This document shows, in pieces, positions 24,225 through 37,734 of a stretch of DNA of 64,000 nt. Below the pieces are notes generated by a model, which was given only the letters and a program-made list of their open reading frames with translations, did not search any database and had not been told where the DNA came from. Location: the NCBI GenBank assembly GCA_964016885.1, contig OZ024740.1, positions 178,560,001 to 178,624,000 on the forward strand, written 5' to 3'. This DNA is from Eledone cirrhosa (taxonomy: Eukaryota). The position numbers were made by a program, and so were the translations under genes. How positions within the stretch are numbered: the first letter of the stretch is position 1; every line of letters starts with the position of its first letter.

Positions 24225-26230
24225 TAGGGAAGCAGAAAATTGCTTTTTGTGATCCAGTTCGTGTTTAAGAAAACCAGTTTCATGGATGGTTTCAACGTAC
24301 GGTAACGTATGAGTATAGCACTAAAACAGTTAACTTTCTAGACGCGACGCTTAACCTAAATACGGGACTTATAAGATCTTTTCACAAGATTAATGAAAAT
24401 TAGCATACATCAACTGTAACTCAAACCACCCACTATCCATAATTAAATCCATTCCACGCAGTATATCCCTTAGGATCTCCCGCCTCTCGTCTAACCGACA
24501 AATCTTCGAAGAACATGCAGAATACTACAATACCACATTAGACAAGGCAGGCCACTTAGATAGAGTAGAATATATAGATGAAAGCCTCCGTAAAGCGCAC
24601 ACGAACACGCATAACACAAACTCCAGAAACACACGCACACACGCACTTACGCATAGAACTACAAAGTATACGGTAAATAGAAATACAACATCGAAACCAA
24701 ACAAGTCACGCAGTAGAAAATATATTTGATATAACCCCATATTTAACACCTCTATTAGTACTAACCTACCCTCTACCTTCTTTAGAATAATAAATAAGCA
24801 CTTTCCAGATTCACATAGATACAGCAACATCCTTAAGATTAAATCTATTAGACTATCTTACTCCACGGCACCACATATAGAGGCACACATTAAGATGATT
24901 AACGCTAAAAAGATACATAACAACACAAGAACACACATTTTCAACAATAACAATACAATCACCATTGAACACAACAGAATATCTAATACATAACCATCCA
25001 CAAACAAAACGTAATACACCTGTACAGGCATCACAGCCCACCAATAATGCCAAAGTTGCCCATGAAAAGAATTGTAACTGCCACCTACCTGAAACCTGTC
25101 CATTACATAATGAATGAATGCAGTCTAATCTGGTTTACCAATGCACAGTGCAATCAGACAACCAGAAATGGTATTACATCGGAGCGACTGGGAATACATT
25201 TAAAGCCCGTTGGTATACACACCGTTACGCAATGAAACATTCCCAGCATCGTTATGTAACTACCCTTGCAAACAAGACCTGGCAACTGAGGGAAAGTAAC
25301 CATCAGTACACCCTGAAGTGGAAAAAATTATCGAACGCACAACCATATCGGGGTGGAATGAGAAGCTGTCGATTATACGACCTTGAGCTGTTCCACATCT
25401 TGAGTTCGAAGAATAAGTTACTCAACAGTAAAATCGAAAGATCAATTTATTGTAACCATAGACTCAAAGAGAAGTTTTTGCACTACAAGTGCAAATCGAA
25501 CCCTTAACCTCTTACTACCAACTGACAAACTGCATATACTTAGACTTTATACCCTCTTGTTGTATCTAAACCCTTTTAATTACCCACAAAAACCAATACC
25601 TATATACCCCCCTTCTCCTTCATTCCTCTTCTATTTCTTCGTTTTCTTCCTTCCTTCCCTCCCCTTTTTGGCTATCTTTTCTTTTCTTCTTTCTCCCCCT
25701 CTTCTTTGCTTTTATTTTTGTCATTATTATCTTTATCTTTATTTTTTATATATATATTTATCTCTTTATATCTCCCCCCTCCCCCTCTCTCTCTACCCCC
25801 CCCCCCACTATGATCAATTTAATTCTCTTTAACTCACTACATTCCACGACATGAAGACGACATATCAAAACTGATCAAGGAATCCTTCCACCTCTACCCC
25901 TCCCTCCATCTCAGTTTGTCACTCTACTTCCTACCTCTACCCCCTTCCCCTCTCTCTATACTATTCCGTTTGTCCCCTCACCTTCTGATTCCTCTTCCTC
26001 TCTCTCTATACTAGTAAATACAATTCCAAATGAATATTTTTCTCTATATATTAAGAACTATTTCAAGAGTAACTTACTCACTATTTTGAAAATTTGGACT
26101 GTGAATAACAATTATAATTGAGTGGCTGCTATTTGCAGTATAGCAATATAAGGTTGCACTTACAAATGAAATGGTCGTAAATACCTGGATAAATCCTTCT
26201 CTTAATGCTTACCTGTGTTTTCTCTTTTAT
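24225..26230 (+). mobile_element. Penelope-like element 2 (Neptune-like), 5'-truncated
   Basis: TVNFLDATLNLNTG, NSNHP, RISRLSSN, YNPIF; GIY-YIG domain; pyrimidine-rich 3' UTR; (TA)n flanks. Confidence 0.88.
24320..25507 (+). pseudogene. PLE RT thumb + GIY-YIG endonuclease remnant
   Basis: ORF 25118-25507: LVYQCTV..YYIGATGNTFKARWYTH..CRLYDLE..LN..CNH; frameshifts upstream. Confidence 0.87.
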
Positions 26231-26235
26231 ATCTA

Positions 26236-26269
<34 letters not shown>

Positions 26270-26272
<3 letters not shown>

Positions 26273-26460
26273 CGAAGGAAGTGTAGTAAGGAACTAGGTG
26301 GACCATAACGCACCAGAGTACTCAATGCTTAGGGTAGTAGAGTGGGTAATAGGAAAAAAGTTTAAAACCGCGACGGCAGAGCTCGAGCCGATTCAATGGC
26401 TATTTCTGGACGCCGTCGAAACGGCTCGAGCTCTGCCGTCGGGGTCTTGAACATTTTCCC
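26270..26460. repeat. pLTR-like fragment with fold-back and hammerhead 3' halves
   Basis: 26270-26410 is the reverse complement of 39323-39462; inverted repeat 26371-26400/26412-26441; GAAA-CGGC(loop)GCCG-TC-GGGG at 26418-26444. Confidence 0.7.
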
Positions 26461-26664
26461 ATATATATATATGTATAGAAATAATAATAAATGTGAAGAC
26501 TAGAATCCGAAAAGGTCTCGATGTGGGTATGTGGGTGTATGGGTGAACTTATTTTTTCCCCGTCAGTGTCATTATCTCTTTTAAGATATTCATATAAATG
26601 CAAAGATACATACATACATAAATACATACATGCATACATGCATACATACAAACAAACATATATA

Positions 26665-27245
26665 CATACATGCTGGCTGCCAACTCGTTTTCGAGTACGG
26701 CCACTACTTTATATCCATGTAGGAGAACCCCTACCGATGCGGTGAACGAGTGTGTCTTTTTAGTCCAGCCAGCGACGTGAAAACTCTGGTACAAACACTA
26801 CACTTGTGACAATTATTGACACATAGTGCTGGACCCATTGTACCATGTGACGACAAGTGCAGAGAGATCTCCAGATATAAAGCAATGCCTGTGCCGTGAA
26901 GTTTTTATAGTGAGCAAAGGCACTGCACAAAGCCAGCCCCACTCTCTTAACTAAGATGATATTTACCAAAAAGAAGAACAAGTCAACATCATAGGATACC
27001 ATCAGCGTTGCAGGTGTTATATCAGAGTTTTCCTTCCCCTAGAATTCTGCTTTGACAAAGGCTAAAGGATCATCTCTCCCGGTGACTCTGGATGGCCATT
27101 GACTCTTAAGAGCTCCTTTGCCCTTTGACAGGTTTTGTTTTTAGTCCTGCAGGATGTCCTAAGTCACCCTCCTCACCAAGAAACCTTGATGGGGTTGCCA
27201 GTTTAGTCGCCAACGACCCGACCATGGGACAGGTTGTACTGGAAT
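26665..27245 (-). mobile_element. Longer copy of the (TATG)n-tailed non-coding retroposon
   Basis: Minus strand GGGGAAGGAAAACTCTGATATAACACC (RTE 5' UTR-like); 3' GGCCGTACTCG-AAAA-CGAGTTGGCAGCC then (TATG)n; its 5' end also occurs at about 38323-38357. Confidence 0.62.
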
Positions 27246-27304
27246 ACATACATACAAACATACATACATACAAACAAACATGCATAGATACATACATCGA
27301 TTAC

Positions 27305-27353
27305 ATTTCAGAAGATCCCGTTAAGGGTGAAAGCAGCGATGATTTGCTTAAAC
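27305..27353 (+). ncRNA. Hammerhead-like motif, U4A core (CAGAAGA)
   Basis: ATTT-CAGAAGA-TCCC(GTTAA)GGGT-GAAA-GCAG..TTGC-TT-AAAC. Confidence 0.5.
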
Positions 27354-27367
27354 TTTAATCTTTTATT

Positions 27368-27480
<113 letters not shown>

Positions 27481-27604
27481 AGATCAAAAGATGGTGTATA
27501 TCATGTATACTCCAGTCCTACAAACTGTAGAGTGCTTCTTATCCGATATCTGCATTGCTTTATTGTACTACAATAAAACTCACCTCCTACATATATATAT
27601 ATAT

Positions 27605-27950
27605 ATGGGATAACAAGTTATCGTTCTCTGTAATCCAGTTAGAGGTTGTGAGTACTCTGTACAATGGATAGTTTTAACGTACGGCATTGTTTCAGTCAAC
27701 AAGAGGTTTCCTTATTTAGGTAGCGAGTTTGCGAGAATTCTCATGCAGGTTATTCTTGTAATAGTAATGAAAGAGTAATAGTAGAGAAAGAGTGAAGAAT
27801 AACATGGTTGGCTGTACAAAAAGGGTTTTATTTATAGTATTAACAATTGTTTCATTGATCAGGTGAGTCTAAAGACTGCTGATCAGTCGAAATTGCGTCA
27901 CTCGACCTTAAATACAGTGTGCGTCTCTGATCAACTCATCGGAATACTAT
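27605..27950 (+). repeat. pLTR-like repeat (inverted homolog at 33955-34305) with degenerate hammerhead
   Basis: Reverse-complement similarity along the whole length; GAGT-CTAAAGA-CTGCTGATCAGTC-GAAA-TTGCG-TC-ACTC at 27865-27903. Confidence 0.65.
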
Positions 27951-27989
27951 CTCTATATATATAAGGAAAAAAGATGAAATGATACAAAA

Positions 27990-29327
27990 TCTCCTGGCTC
28001 CTCTCCCAGGTCCTCAAGCCTCTACTCTCCACCATTCCCGGAAATGTTAGTAGCTCCGACGAAGTCATACGTAGACTACACCAACTCCAACCAGAACAAC
28101 TTAAACTAAATAGATACGCCTTAAGCCTCGACCTTGTCTTCCTCTACATTACAGTCCCCGCTCATCCAGATGTCGATTTATTGACGGACTGCGTGGTTGC
28201 AGAGGACATACACTGCTACGGCCTCCATCCGACGGACATATACCAGCTTTTGTCCTTCACAGTGGACAACACGTACTTCACCTTCCACCACCACACATAC
28301 AGACAGACAACAGGATTACCCATGGGATCCAGCCTATCGGGCCTGCTGGCCATCACCTATATGAACCAGCTAGAATGCCGAGCCCTCAACATCTGCACTT
28401 CCCATACCTTCTTCACCCGATATGTAGATGACATACTCATCCTTACATCATCCCGTGAGGAGGCTGATAAATATACACAACATTCTCCAGCATGGACGCC
28501 AGTATAAAGTTCAGCATGGAACACCCCAATGACCGCAGATCCTTATTCCTACTGGACTTCCAACTAAGGGTAACAGAGGAAGGCAACATCCACACCTGCT
28601 TCTATAAAAAAGCCGCCAGCAGGGACCTGTTTGTACATTTCAGATCCGCCCTCCCAGCCGGCGCTAAGTTCGGATACATAAGGAACGAACTAACACGTAT
28701 CCGGAACAAATGCACCGACGCTAGAGACTGAGACACACACACCACACATTTCCTGGAAGTACTCAAACTGAACGGATACCCGACATCCACCACGAACCGT
28801 GCCAGAAAGAACAGAGGACACCACACCCGAGGCACTAACACCTGCTTCCTGAAGCTCCCACACTTCAGTGAGGAAACAACAACAGCCATCCGCAGAGCTA
28901 TCAGACGAGAGGGACTAGATATCCAACTAGCTCACTCAGGACCTTCTCTACGCGGACGGCTAACCAAAAGACACTCCACCAGACATGACAGCCGCTGCAG
29001 GCTAGCCAACTGCCCCATCAACGACACAGACCCATGCCACCAGGCTTACGTCGTATACAGATTAGAATGCGACAAATGCAGCAATTTCTACGTAGGTAGC
29101 ACCACCAGACCACTTCACATAAGAATAAAAGAACACCTCAATACCAACGCTTCCTCATTTAAGAAACACCTAGTGAAATGCAAAAACACCGACAAAAACA
29201 TAACAGTTAGGATAGAAACTAAGGAAAGAAACCTCGGCATCTTAGAATTAAGGAAGCACTGATTATAGACAAAACGCAACCTCCAATCAATAATAGACTA
29301 GAACTGAACACCCAATTTATAACTTGA
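27990..29327 (+). pseudogene. PLE RT + GIY-YIG remnant
   Basis: SLDLVFLYITVP, GLPMGSSLSGLLA, TRYVDDIL, LLDF, FYKK, NGYP, LKLPH, VVYRLECDKCSNFYVGSTTRPLHIRIKEH, EAL..PPIN. Confidence 0.92.
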
Positions 29328-29737
29328 TAGAGTACTTAGCCCCATACTTACACCCTCCTTCTCACACACACGCACACGCACTCACACACACACACTCACA
29401 CACACACACGCTTACACCTCCACTTATTCTCTCTCACACACACACTTACACACACAAAGACCAGTTTTAACACGATAGAGCATCTATCCCCCACATTCAC
29501 GTATAGACATATCTTCTCACACTCACACACACACACATACACACACACATACTTACACCTTCACGTATTCTCCCACACACTTAAACATACATGTACAAAA
29601 CCCCTTTTAAAGGGAGACTACTCTTTATCCACCTAACCTTCACTCTTTGACATTAGAGATAGAACAGATTCTCTATACCATTTCCTGTCAGCATGACTTG
29701 GCAAGCTATTTAGAACGCTGGTTTAACAACTTTACTT

Positions 29738-29774
29738 CCCTCCGAAGAAGAGATATTATCTCGAAAATTAAGGA
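29738..29774 (+). ncRNA. Degenerate minimal hammerhead in the PLE3 3' region
   Basis: CCCT-CCGAAGA-A-GAGAT(ATT)ATCTC-GAAA-AT-TA-AGGA; U4C and a weak stem I. Confidence 0.5.
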
Positions 29775-30169
29775 TATTTAAATAAATTTAAGGTAAAAGA
29801 CTAATTGTCAACAATATCTTTTGCATTTGCATTTATATTCTATATCCATACCTGTATTGTTTTGTCTTTACAAATACAAACGTTTATATATATATATATA
29901 TATATATAGTAGTAATATGTAGGTAAAGAATCCAAGATGAAGAGTCACTCAAATCCGTAGCGCGAGTTTGAATATACTGAATATGACCAATTACTACAAC
30001 GACGCCATACTAGGTTTGGTCCTATCTCACCTCTCTTTCATTTTCTACTAATACCAATCCAATTTAAATGGACTCGCTTCTTTTGAATACGAGCAAATTA
30101 ATCTAGTAGCAAAAAAGCAGCTTCCGCAATCTCTTTACCCCTTTCCAAAATACTTTAATTATAGACCTA

Positions 30170-31920
30170 AAGAACTTTAAATCCTCCAATATGCATTTCT
30201 ATCTATCGGGTATAACTGACAAACTGTATGAAGTCGATTCGATCCTATAAGAAAGCCGACGCTACCATATATAACTCTATTAACGATGAGACTAAATACA
30301 TCCTCTCTCACCGTGAGGATAGAAAACAGATTAGTATGCCTAGCGAAGAGGGAGGTTTACGTAACACTTAAACAGCATAAGGATGACTTCATGACGAACC
30401 CGACATGTAGACTCTTTAACCCAGCCAAGGCAGAACTAGGCCTAGTCAGTAAGAACCTACTCAGATGTCTGAATTGGAGCATTAACAAACAATGTAAGCT
30501 TAACCAATGTGAAAATAGCCAAGCGGTACTTGTTTAGTTTAACTCTCTTAAGCATACGGATAGTGCCAGACTTACCCAATTTGATAACGTGGACTTTTAG
30601 CCGTCGGTATCAAGGAACTTACTTGATAAGGCCCTGAACTTCGCCGGTAGAGTTAGCAATATACACGACTTGGACCGACTAGTAATATCCCACTGTCGTA
30701 AAACCCTTCACTGCAACAAGGGGGAGGCCTGAATACTGAAATCTGTGACAAACGATTACTTTGATATTCTTAAGTGCTCGTCTGATAACGCAGATATTTG
30801 TAGTTAGGTAGGTCACTTTATCCTGGAAACCGTACCCACGAAATTCCCAGATTCATTGCAGATGGGCTTATACCTTGAAGAAGGCCTGGCTATTATGATC
30901 AATAAAAACAGCCATGTCCTCGACACCTTTAGGAAAGAGTTAATTACTAGGTTTAGGGAACTATGGCTAAAAATCACCGTATCCACCAACCACCGTTAGC
31001 TTCTTAGATTTCAACATTGACCTACGTACATACATCCATAAAACGTCCCATATGCCTAGCCAAAACCTTATATACATACCCAAGAACTCCGGCCAACCAC
31101 CTATAGTCTTCAAAAATTTAGTTAAGAATATTAATAGGCGGATTTGTAACCTCACTTCTAACAAAACTATTTAGAGCGAACATTCTTTTATAACACAGCC
31201 TTACTCAACAGTGACTTCTCCGAGAATATTTCCTTATCTCCTGGTCAATCCCCAATTAGTAATAGAATAAAACCAAAGAAAACAATAAATACATTAAAAA
31301 AATCTGGTTTCCCCCTTCTCGTTAAATGTCAAATCTAATGTGGGAAAGAGGTATTTAGCCTTCATAGACATATACTTCCACATAGGATACAAATACCAGC
31401 AGATCTTTAACCATCATACGGTCACAATAGGCCATCCTTGTGCCAGAAACGTAAAATCACGCCTCCTGCATAAAAAAAACAGCCCCAAAGTCTGTGGATG
31501 ATCATGTAAAAAACCTGAGCTATTCCCGCTGACCAACAATGCACCAGTGGTAATATACGAAGCTGAGGTCTCTCCATGAATCAACACCACCAAAATGAGT
31601 CTTGGAAATATGTCGGTATGTCAGAGAGCCGTTTTAAAAACTGCTTCGTCAACAACCTTGAAATACCCAAATAAAAGAAACACCACAAATTTCAAATAAG
31701 ATATGGCAACTCAAATATAGGAACATTAAATGGAAGATTCTAGGAACATCTTGTCCATATATAATTGGGCTCAATGCTTGCAGATAATCTAATAATGAGA
31801 AAGTTTGGATATTAAATAATCTCTACAACAATAACAAACCACTCAACATTAGTAGTGAGTTCTTTTCCAGATGTTCTCATGTTTCTAGGAACGTTTAGAG
31901 AAATTACTTCCTTAATATCG
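30170..31920 (+). pseudogene. Penelope-like element 4 (Neptune-like), heavily decayed RT + GIY-YIG
   Basis: VTLKQHKDDFMTNPTCRLFNPAKAELG, QFDNVDF*PSVS, FDILKCSSDNADIC, GLYLEEGL, SFLDF, VIYEAEV..YVGMSESRFK. Confidence 0.85.
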
Positions 31921-32787
31921 ATTTATATCTTTCTTTACCTAACGACCGATATTCAAACATACAGGAATAAAGATATATACAACCACTCTCCCTTATGCAT
32001 ACACATGTATTTATATATAAAAGACGAAAAATAAAAATAAATCATTGTGAAGCCTGTGTGGAAATTAAATAAAACTACTATATATGTGTTGTTTTTAGCC
32101 ACATCTTAACCAAATACATTTCGGCTATGTCGTGGACGTCTTTTTAAATATATATTCATAGTTACATCGTTCAATATGTCTGTCGTTGTTTAAAAACAAT
32201 TGAATCTTGTTTCAAATAGTGAGATGATATTTTTAGAGGAGGCGCACATATACACGCTGGCTTTCATGAAACGTAGTTGTCTTCGTTTGGCTGTCTGAAA
32301 TTACGAAATCGAGCCAATATGGCTTTTGGAATCTTCCTTAAAAATGTCAATCTGTCAGAACCATTTCAGTTTAAAAGTAATATAACCTAACATTAACTTT
32401 ATATCATTAAATCTTGAAATACTGTCCATTTGTTTAAACTTTCATCTGCATTTCCAGTAAATATATAATAATCTTTATTTAACAAAACAATGTGATTTAA
32501 CATTCTGTTAAAATTATCTATATGCCTTTATATAATGCATGTTATTAGCATCTAATGAATAAATGAAAATCTATCCCGCGTCGATCCTGTTATCTAAAAG
32601 AGACAGTGAATTTCAATAGATTTTAATTATGCAAATGTTTATATGATAACATTGTACAATATCAAATTATCTTTGCGCATTCAGACAAGGTAACTTCACA
32701 CACTCACACACACACACACATATATATGTGGATATATATATATATATTTGGATATATATATATATAAATATATATACAGTATATATT

Positions 32788-32840
<53 letters not shown>

Positions 32841-32859
32841 TTCTCTGTGTATGTGTGTG

Positions 32860-32902
<43 letters not shown>

Positions 32903-33421
32903 ACGTATGTATATATACTGGAAAAGTATGTACTCATGCAACGACACATTTCATTATATACGTGAACATGCATATAATCAAGACAACTATACTCATATAG
33001 ACACAACCACATAAACACCTCATGCAATATTGGATGTAAATATATAAAATACACTTCATTGAAATGGACGTTGGTGAGTTATGACAGCGATATATACGAA
33101 AATCTACGGAAGGTTAACAAAAGGAAACGAAAAAATGAGAAGAAAACTCTGCAAAACAAAAGCTATATATATACGTACAAATATATGACAATCATATATA
33201 ATTACTGTGACAGTAAAGAGTTTTGTAGATATATATTTATTTGATATAAATATTTATTCTCTAAGACATAAAGAAATAGTTGCTTACTGGATAATATGAT
33301 TGATATATTGGAAGATTGATTATGTGATTGGTGAGGCAATGGAAAATAGCATTTTACTTTAAATTTTATTTGTTTCGCATATGTATTTAAATTCAAATTG
33401 CACTGTTGAAAGTAGTGGATG

Positions 33422-33454
<33 letters not shown>

Positions 33455-33641
33455 TTTATATATATATAAATATACATATGTGTGTGTGTGTGTGTGTGTG
33501 TGTGTCTGTGTGTGCGCGCGTGTCAGTGTATGCGCGTATGTGTTATATATGATTGTTTCTATCTATATATGTATGTTTGAATTTATGCATGTATATATAT
33601 GTAAATATATAGACTCATACAGACATGTATAAGTATATGTG

Positions 33642-33697
<56 letters not shown>

Positions 33698-33954
33698 TTC
33701 TGTGTGTGTGTGTAGGAGGTATATACACATAAATATGATATATGTGCAAATATATGTTTGCTTATACATATGTGTGCACATTAAGGCGTTTCATTTTTGC
33801 AAACATTTAATATACACAATATCTATTACTGTATTGTTGTGTGGTAAATAAATACATAACTATACACCAAGTCCGAAGACAATGGAACCAAACTCTCACT
33901 GTCACTGCCTTTCCGTCTCTCCGATATAATTGAATTCTCTGTAGTATAACTACA

Positions 33955-34305
33955 AACACCGAGTGTAATTTTGTCAGTTATCCCGATGATTTGATTAGGC
34001 ATACACTGTATTTAAGGTTGAGTGACACAACTTCGAGTGATTAACTACCTTTAGACATCCTAATCAATGAAACAATTGTTAATACTGTAAATAAAACCCT
34101 TTTTGTACTGTTGACCATGTTATTCTTCATTCTTTCACTATTATTACTCCAAGATTAACCTGCATAGGAATTCCCGAGAATTCGCCACCTAACTAAGGAA
34201 ACCTTTTGTTGTGTCAAACAACGCCGTACGTTAAAACTATCCACAATGCAGAGTACTCACATCCTCTAACTGGATTATCTATAACGATAATTTGTTATCC
34301 CCCCA
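33955..34305 (-). repeat. Inverted homolog of 27605-27950
   Basis: Reverse-complement match, for example CCGTACGTTAAAACTATCCA and AACTGGATTA. Confidence 0.75.
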
Positions 34306-34370
34306 CCACACACACAAACACACACATACACACACAGTCACACATATATATATTAAAATAACAGATTAAA

Positions 34371-34419
34371 GTTTAAGCAAAGAATCGCTTCTTTCACCCT
34401 TAACGGGATCTTCTGAAAC
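34371..34419 (-). ncRNA. Hammerhead-like motif, U4A core
   Basis: Minus strand GTTT-CAGAAGA-TCCC(GTTAA)GGGT-GAAA-GAAGCGATTCTTTGC-TT-AAAC; perfect stem I. Confidence 0.5.
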
Positions 34420-34820
34420 TATATGTGCGTGCATGTTTTTATGTGTGTACGTGCTTGTATTTGCATACCCATGGCGAGTGTTTTCGCGTATGCTTGTGTA
34501 CGTACGTATATGGATGCGTGTATGCATATATTTAATTTCAATTACCTCTGTATTTTATTTACTTTATTCTTAACTCTGAAGCCAAGAATCATTCGGTTTC
34601 CTAGATAGAATTTTAGTCTACGACTTCAGTTATACCATTTACGTGGTTTTCTCTTTGCGTGTAATTGTTCTCAACTCTCCTCATAATGACGTATTATCTT
34701 CGTTTTTTTCCTTTCATTGCCAGAGAACGTCTCCACTAACCAAATTATCGTCTTCCTGTCTTCCTTCGGTTGCAACGTGTTTTGAAATATTTACTTCTGC
34801 GTTCACAGATTGACTTTTTA

Positions 34821-34869
34821 GTTTCAGAAGGTCATGTTAAGGGTGAAAGCAGCGATTCTTTGCTTAAAC
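34821..34869 (+). ncRNA. Hammerhead-like motif, U4A family, degenerate
   Basis: GTTT-CAGAAGG-TCATGTTAAGGGT-GAAA-GCAGCGATTCTTTGC-TT-AAAC; forms an inverted pair with 34352-34421. Confidence 0.45.
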
Positions 34870-35004
34870 TTTAATCTGTTATTTTAATAAATATTTGCTC
34901 TACGGTTCTTATATATCTGATATATATTTATCCTTATCGAGCTCTCTTTGGATGTTAGTCTTCAAATTTATTATTATTATATATATATATATATATATGT
35001 ATAC

Positions 35005-35760
35005 TTGAGATTTGCAAACAATGTAGATGGCATGCAGAAAACGGAGATGAATTAGTTGCTGTAGACATCCATCTTTATAATGCCTCTAAGAAGATTAAAA
35101 TGGAATTCTATGTCGAATAAGCCAAAATCTTGACAATCCCCAACAGTGTTATGACTACATTACTTTGTGTAGATCAAAAGCCGGAAATAGCGGGACGGAA
35201 TAAGTTCCAATAGGTGATCAGTATTGATAGATGATCCATAACAGAAATACTTACAATACCCACTCAGACAATGACTACATGAACAACTATAAAGAGAGAT
35301 TGGGACATCACCATAAAGAAAATGATCAGTCTCCGTCGTGCATCTATCTGAATTCTTTATCTCCCCACATGCTAACAAGCCATGCACTATCACTGTAGAT
35401 ACAGAGGGGAAGATGCAGACACTGGAAATGAGATGCTAGTGCAACATGCTTGGCATCTAATATGTAAACCACACTACAAACAATCAGGTCGACAACCATT
35501 TAGCATGTACATAACCGTCTATGAAAATCTCATAACGGTGAGGAAAAGAAACCTGTGCTTGGATGACTATCTAATAAAACCCACTAACCTTCCAAAGACC
35601 ATTTTCTAAGAAAAGCACAGAAAAAAATGAACACACATTACCAAAGAGTAATAAGGCATATCCTAAGTGGAGACATACGATCAATATAGCATTCGTGAGA
35701 GACAAAGTCTGGTGCACAATCGTTTTCAACGGAGTCCTAATTAGGAGCTGAGAACCCAAA
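35005..35760 (+). pseudogene. Ancient RTE-like LINE RT remnant
   Basis: LRFANNVDG resembles LRFADDIDG; KMEFYVE*AKIL resembles GMEISAEKTK; heavily decayed. Confidence 0.45.
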
Positions 35761-35785
35761 AAAGAATATACATGCATATATACAT

Positions 35786-35816
<31 letters not shown>

Positions 35817-36504
35817 CATATATATTGTTCTCTTAATTATTAACTCTACCTATAATTCTCGCATACATTAAAATATTAAATAAGATATGGCAATTCTTTT
35901 TTCCTAAAGTTCCTCAAAAATTATCGCAGCCTTTGCATGTTTCATAACATGCTAAATAGGTTCTCATTGCATTAACTGCCGACCAAAATATTTGTCCCCA
36001 GTTCGTTTAAAACATGACTGCTGTGTCACTTTCCAAAAAAGTCACAACGAATAATTATATAGTTAAGCTATATTAAATGAAGGTACTTAAAAACCTTTTA
36101 GCCAACCCTTGGATTGTCTTTGTAATCGCATACGGTTACAATATATTGAATATCAATATATTCAATTGAACCTTCCATCATGGATTCTACTGAAATCGTC
36201 GAGATAGAACAGAAAAAGAGAGAGTGGGTGTGAGTGAGAGAAAGTGAGGGAGCGTGAGAATGAGTGATGAGAAAGAGAGAAGTTAGTGAGAGGAGAAAGT
36301 AAGAGAGTTTTATGTGGTTATGTGATCCTCTAGAAATCACTGCCAATTTCCCCTCAGGCATATTATGGCTCTCTAATGTCGACACACACACCTTGAACTT
36401 TTTTCAATAATTGGTCTGTTTGCTCAACCAGAAATATTTTGCAGGTATCAACAGCAGGTATCAACAGCAAAACATCAAATCGATCAAAATAATTTTAATT
36501 ATAA

Positions 36505-36600
36505 TAATTATTTCTACTTTAGGCACGAGGCCAGCAATTACCCAGTACATTACTGGTACTTTATTTTATCGACCCCGTAAGGATGAAAGGCAAAGTTAAT
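36505..36600 (-). mobile_element. SINE 3' half
   Basis: Reverse complement of the SINE body and tail at 255-350. Confidence 0.8.
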
Positions 36601-36979
36601 TTTAATTATAAAAATAAATACCTGTTCTAATAAAATAATAGGGAGTGGATTACATTGATCTAACTATACTATACAGCTGGTGGTCTATGCAAGTAACGAG
36701 TAATACTGGTAAGTTTCGGGTAAATGTCAAGAAAATTGAATAATCTAAAGATCTCATCTCTCTGAGAGATGAAGGAAGATGATGGCGTTGTTATTTTTGG
36801 TTGTAGAAATGCATTCTATTAAATTTTTAGATACCAGAACTTTGGGCAAACATTTCAGCTTTAGCATCTGGTGGACCTTTCCTTGAGAGTAATATAGGCT
36901 TCACAGAAATTGAGTGTAGATGTGGCGTATGGATGAACGTATGTATGTATGTATGTATGTATGTATGTATGTATGTATG

Positions 36980-37036
<57 letters not shown>

Positions 37037-37270
37037 TTAGAAACACACAGATACATGCGGACACACACATATATACATGAATGCATCCGCACCCAACTGT
37101 GAGTTAAGGGTGCCAACTTCACCGATGTTGCTCAATGAATGACTGGGACAGACCAATTCAGTTTGAACCAGACTGAACCAGTATCAGAGTTAAAAATACA
37201 TTATGAAGAGAGAAGAAACATTTAGATATAATTAGTAATAAAATGTATCATACCTAAACTGTTCCTAAAT

Positions 37271-37358
37271 TCCTCGACTACGTAGTTTCGTGGCATAAAC
37301 AAAAACAATATATCAAAGATATAGAGTCCTTGCGAGGTCTGCCGACTTATCAAGAGGA
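37271..37358 (-). ncRNA. Type I hammerhead, U3-A8 core
   Basis: Exact reverse complement of 37735-37822. Confidence 0.75.
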
Positions 37359-37734
37359 TACCTCATTTTACTAACATCGGTGAAGTTGGCACCCTTAACT
37401 CACAGTTGGGTGCGGATGCATTCATGTATATATGTGTGTGTCCGCATGTATCTGTGTGTTTCTAAATGTATTAATAACTCCCTCTGGTCGAGCAATCTTT
37501 GAAGTGTGGGGACAACTGGAAAGCTTCCATTACTCATACTTCTCGCCTTCTTCACTACCTCTTCTGCGGCCTCGATATGAATACCCCCTCCGCCTCCGTG
37601 GTATTTTTTTCGTGGTTATAAGAGGCTTAGCTCTGTTTCTCGACCGTTATATCGCGTGACTATCTCCCCCTCCGCCTTTTGGGATTCTTTCTCACGTCGT
37701 GTAGACGCGTTCTTGAGACTAGTAAAATGAGGTA

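Larger units (their letters stand above)
27990..29880 (+). mobile_element. Penelope-like element 3 (Poseidon/Penelope-like), 5'-truncated
   Basis: RT and GIY-YIG remnants, CA-rich 3' UTR, degenerate hammerhead near the 3' end, (TA)n flanks. Confidence 0.88.
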
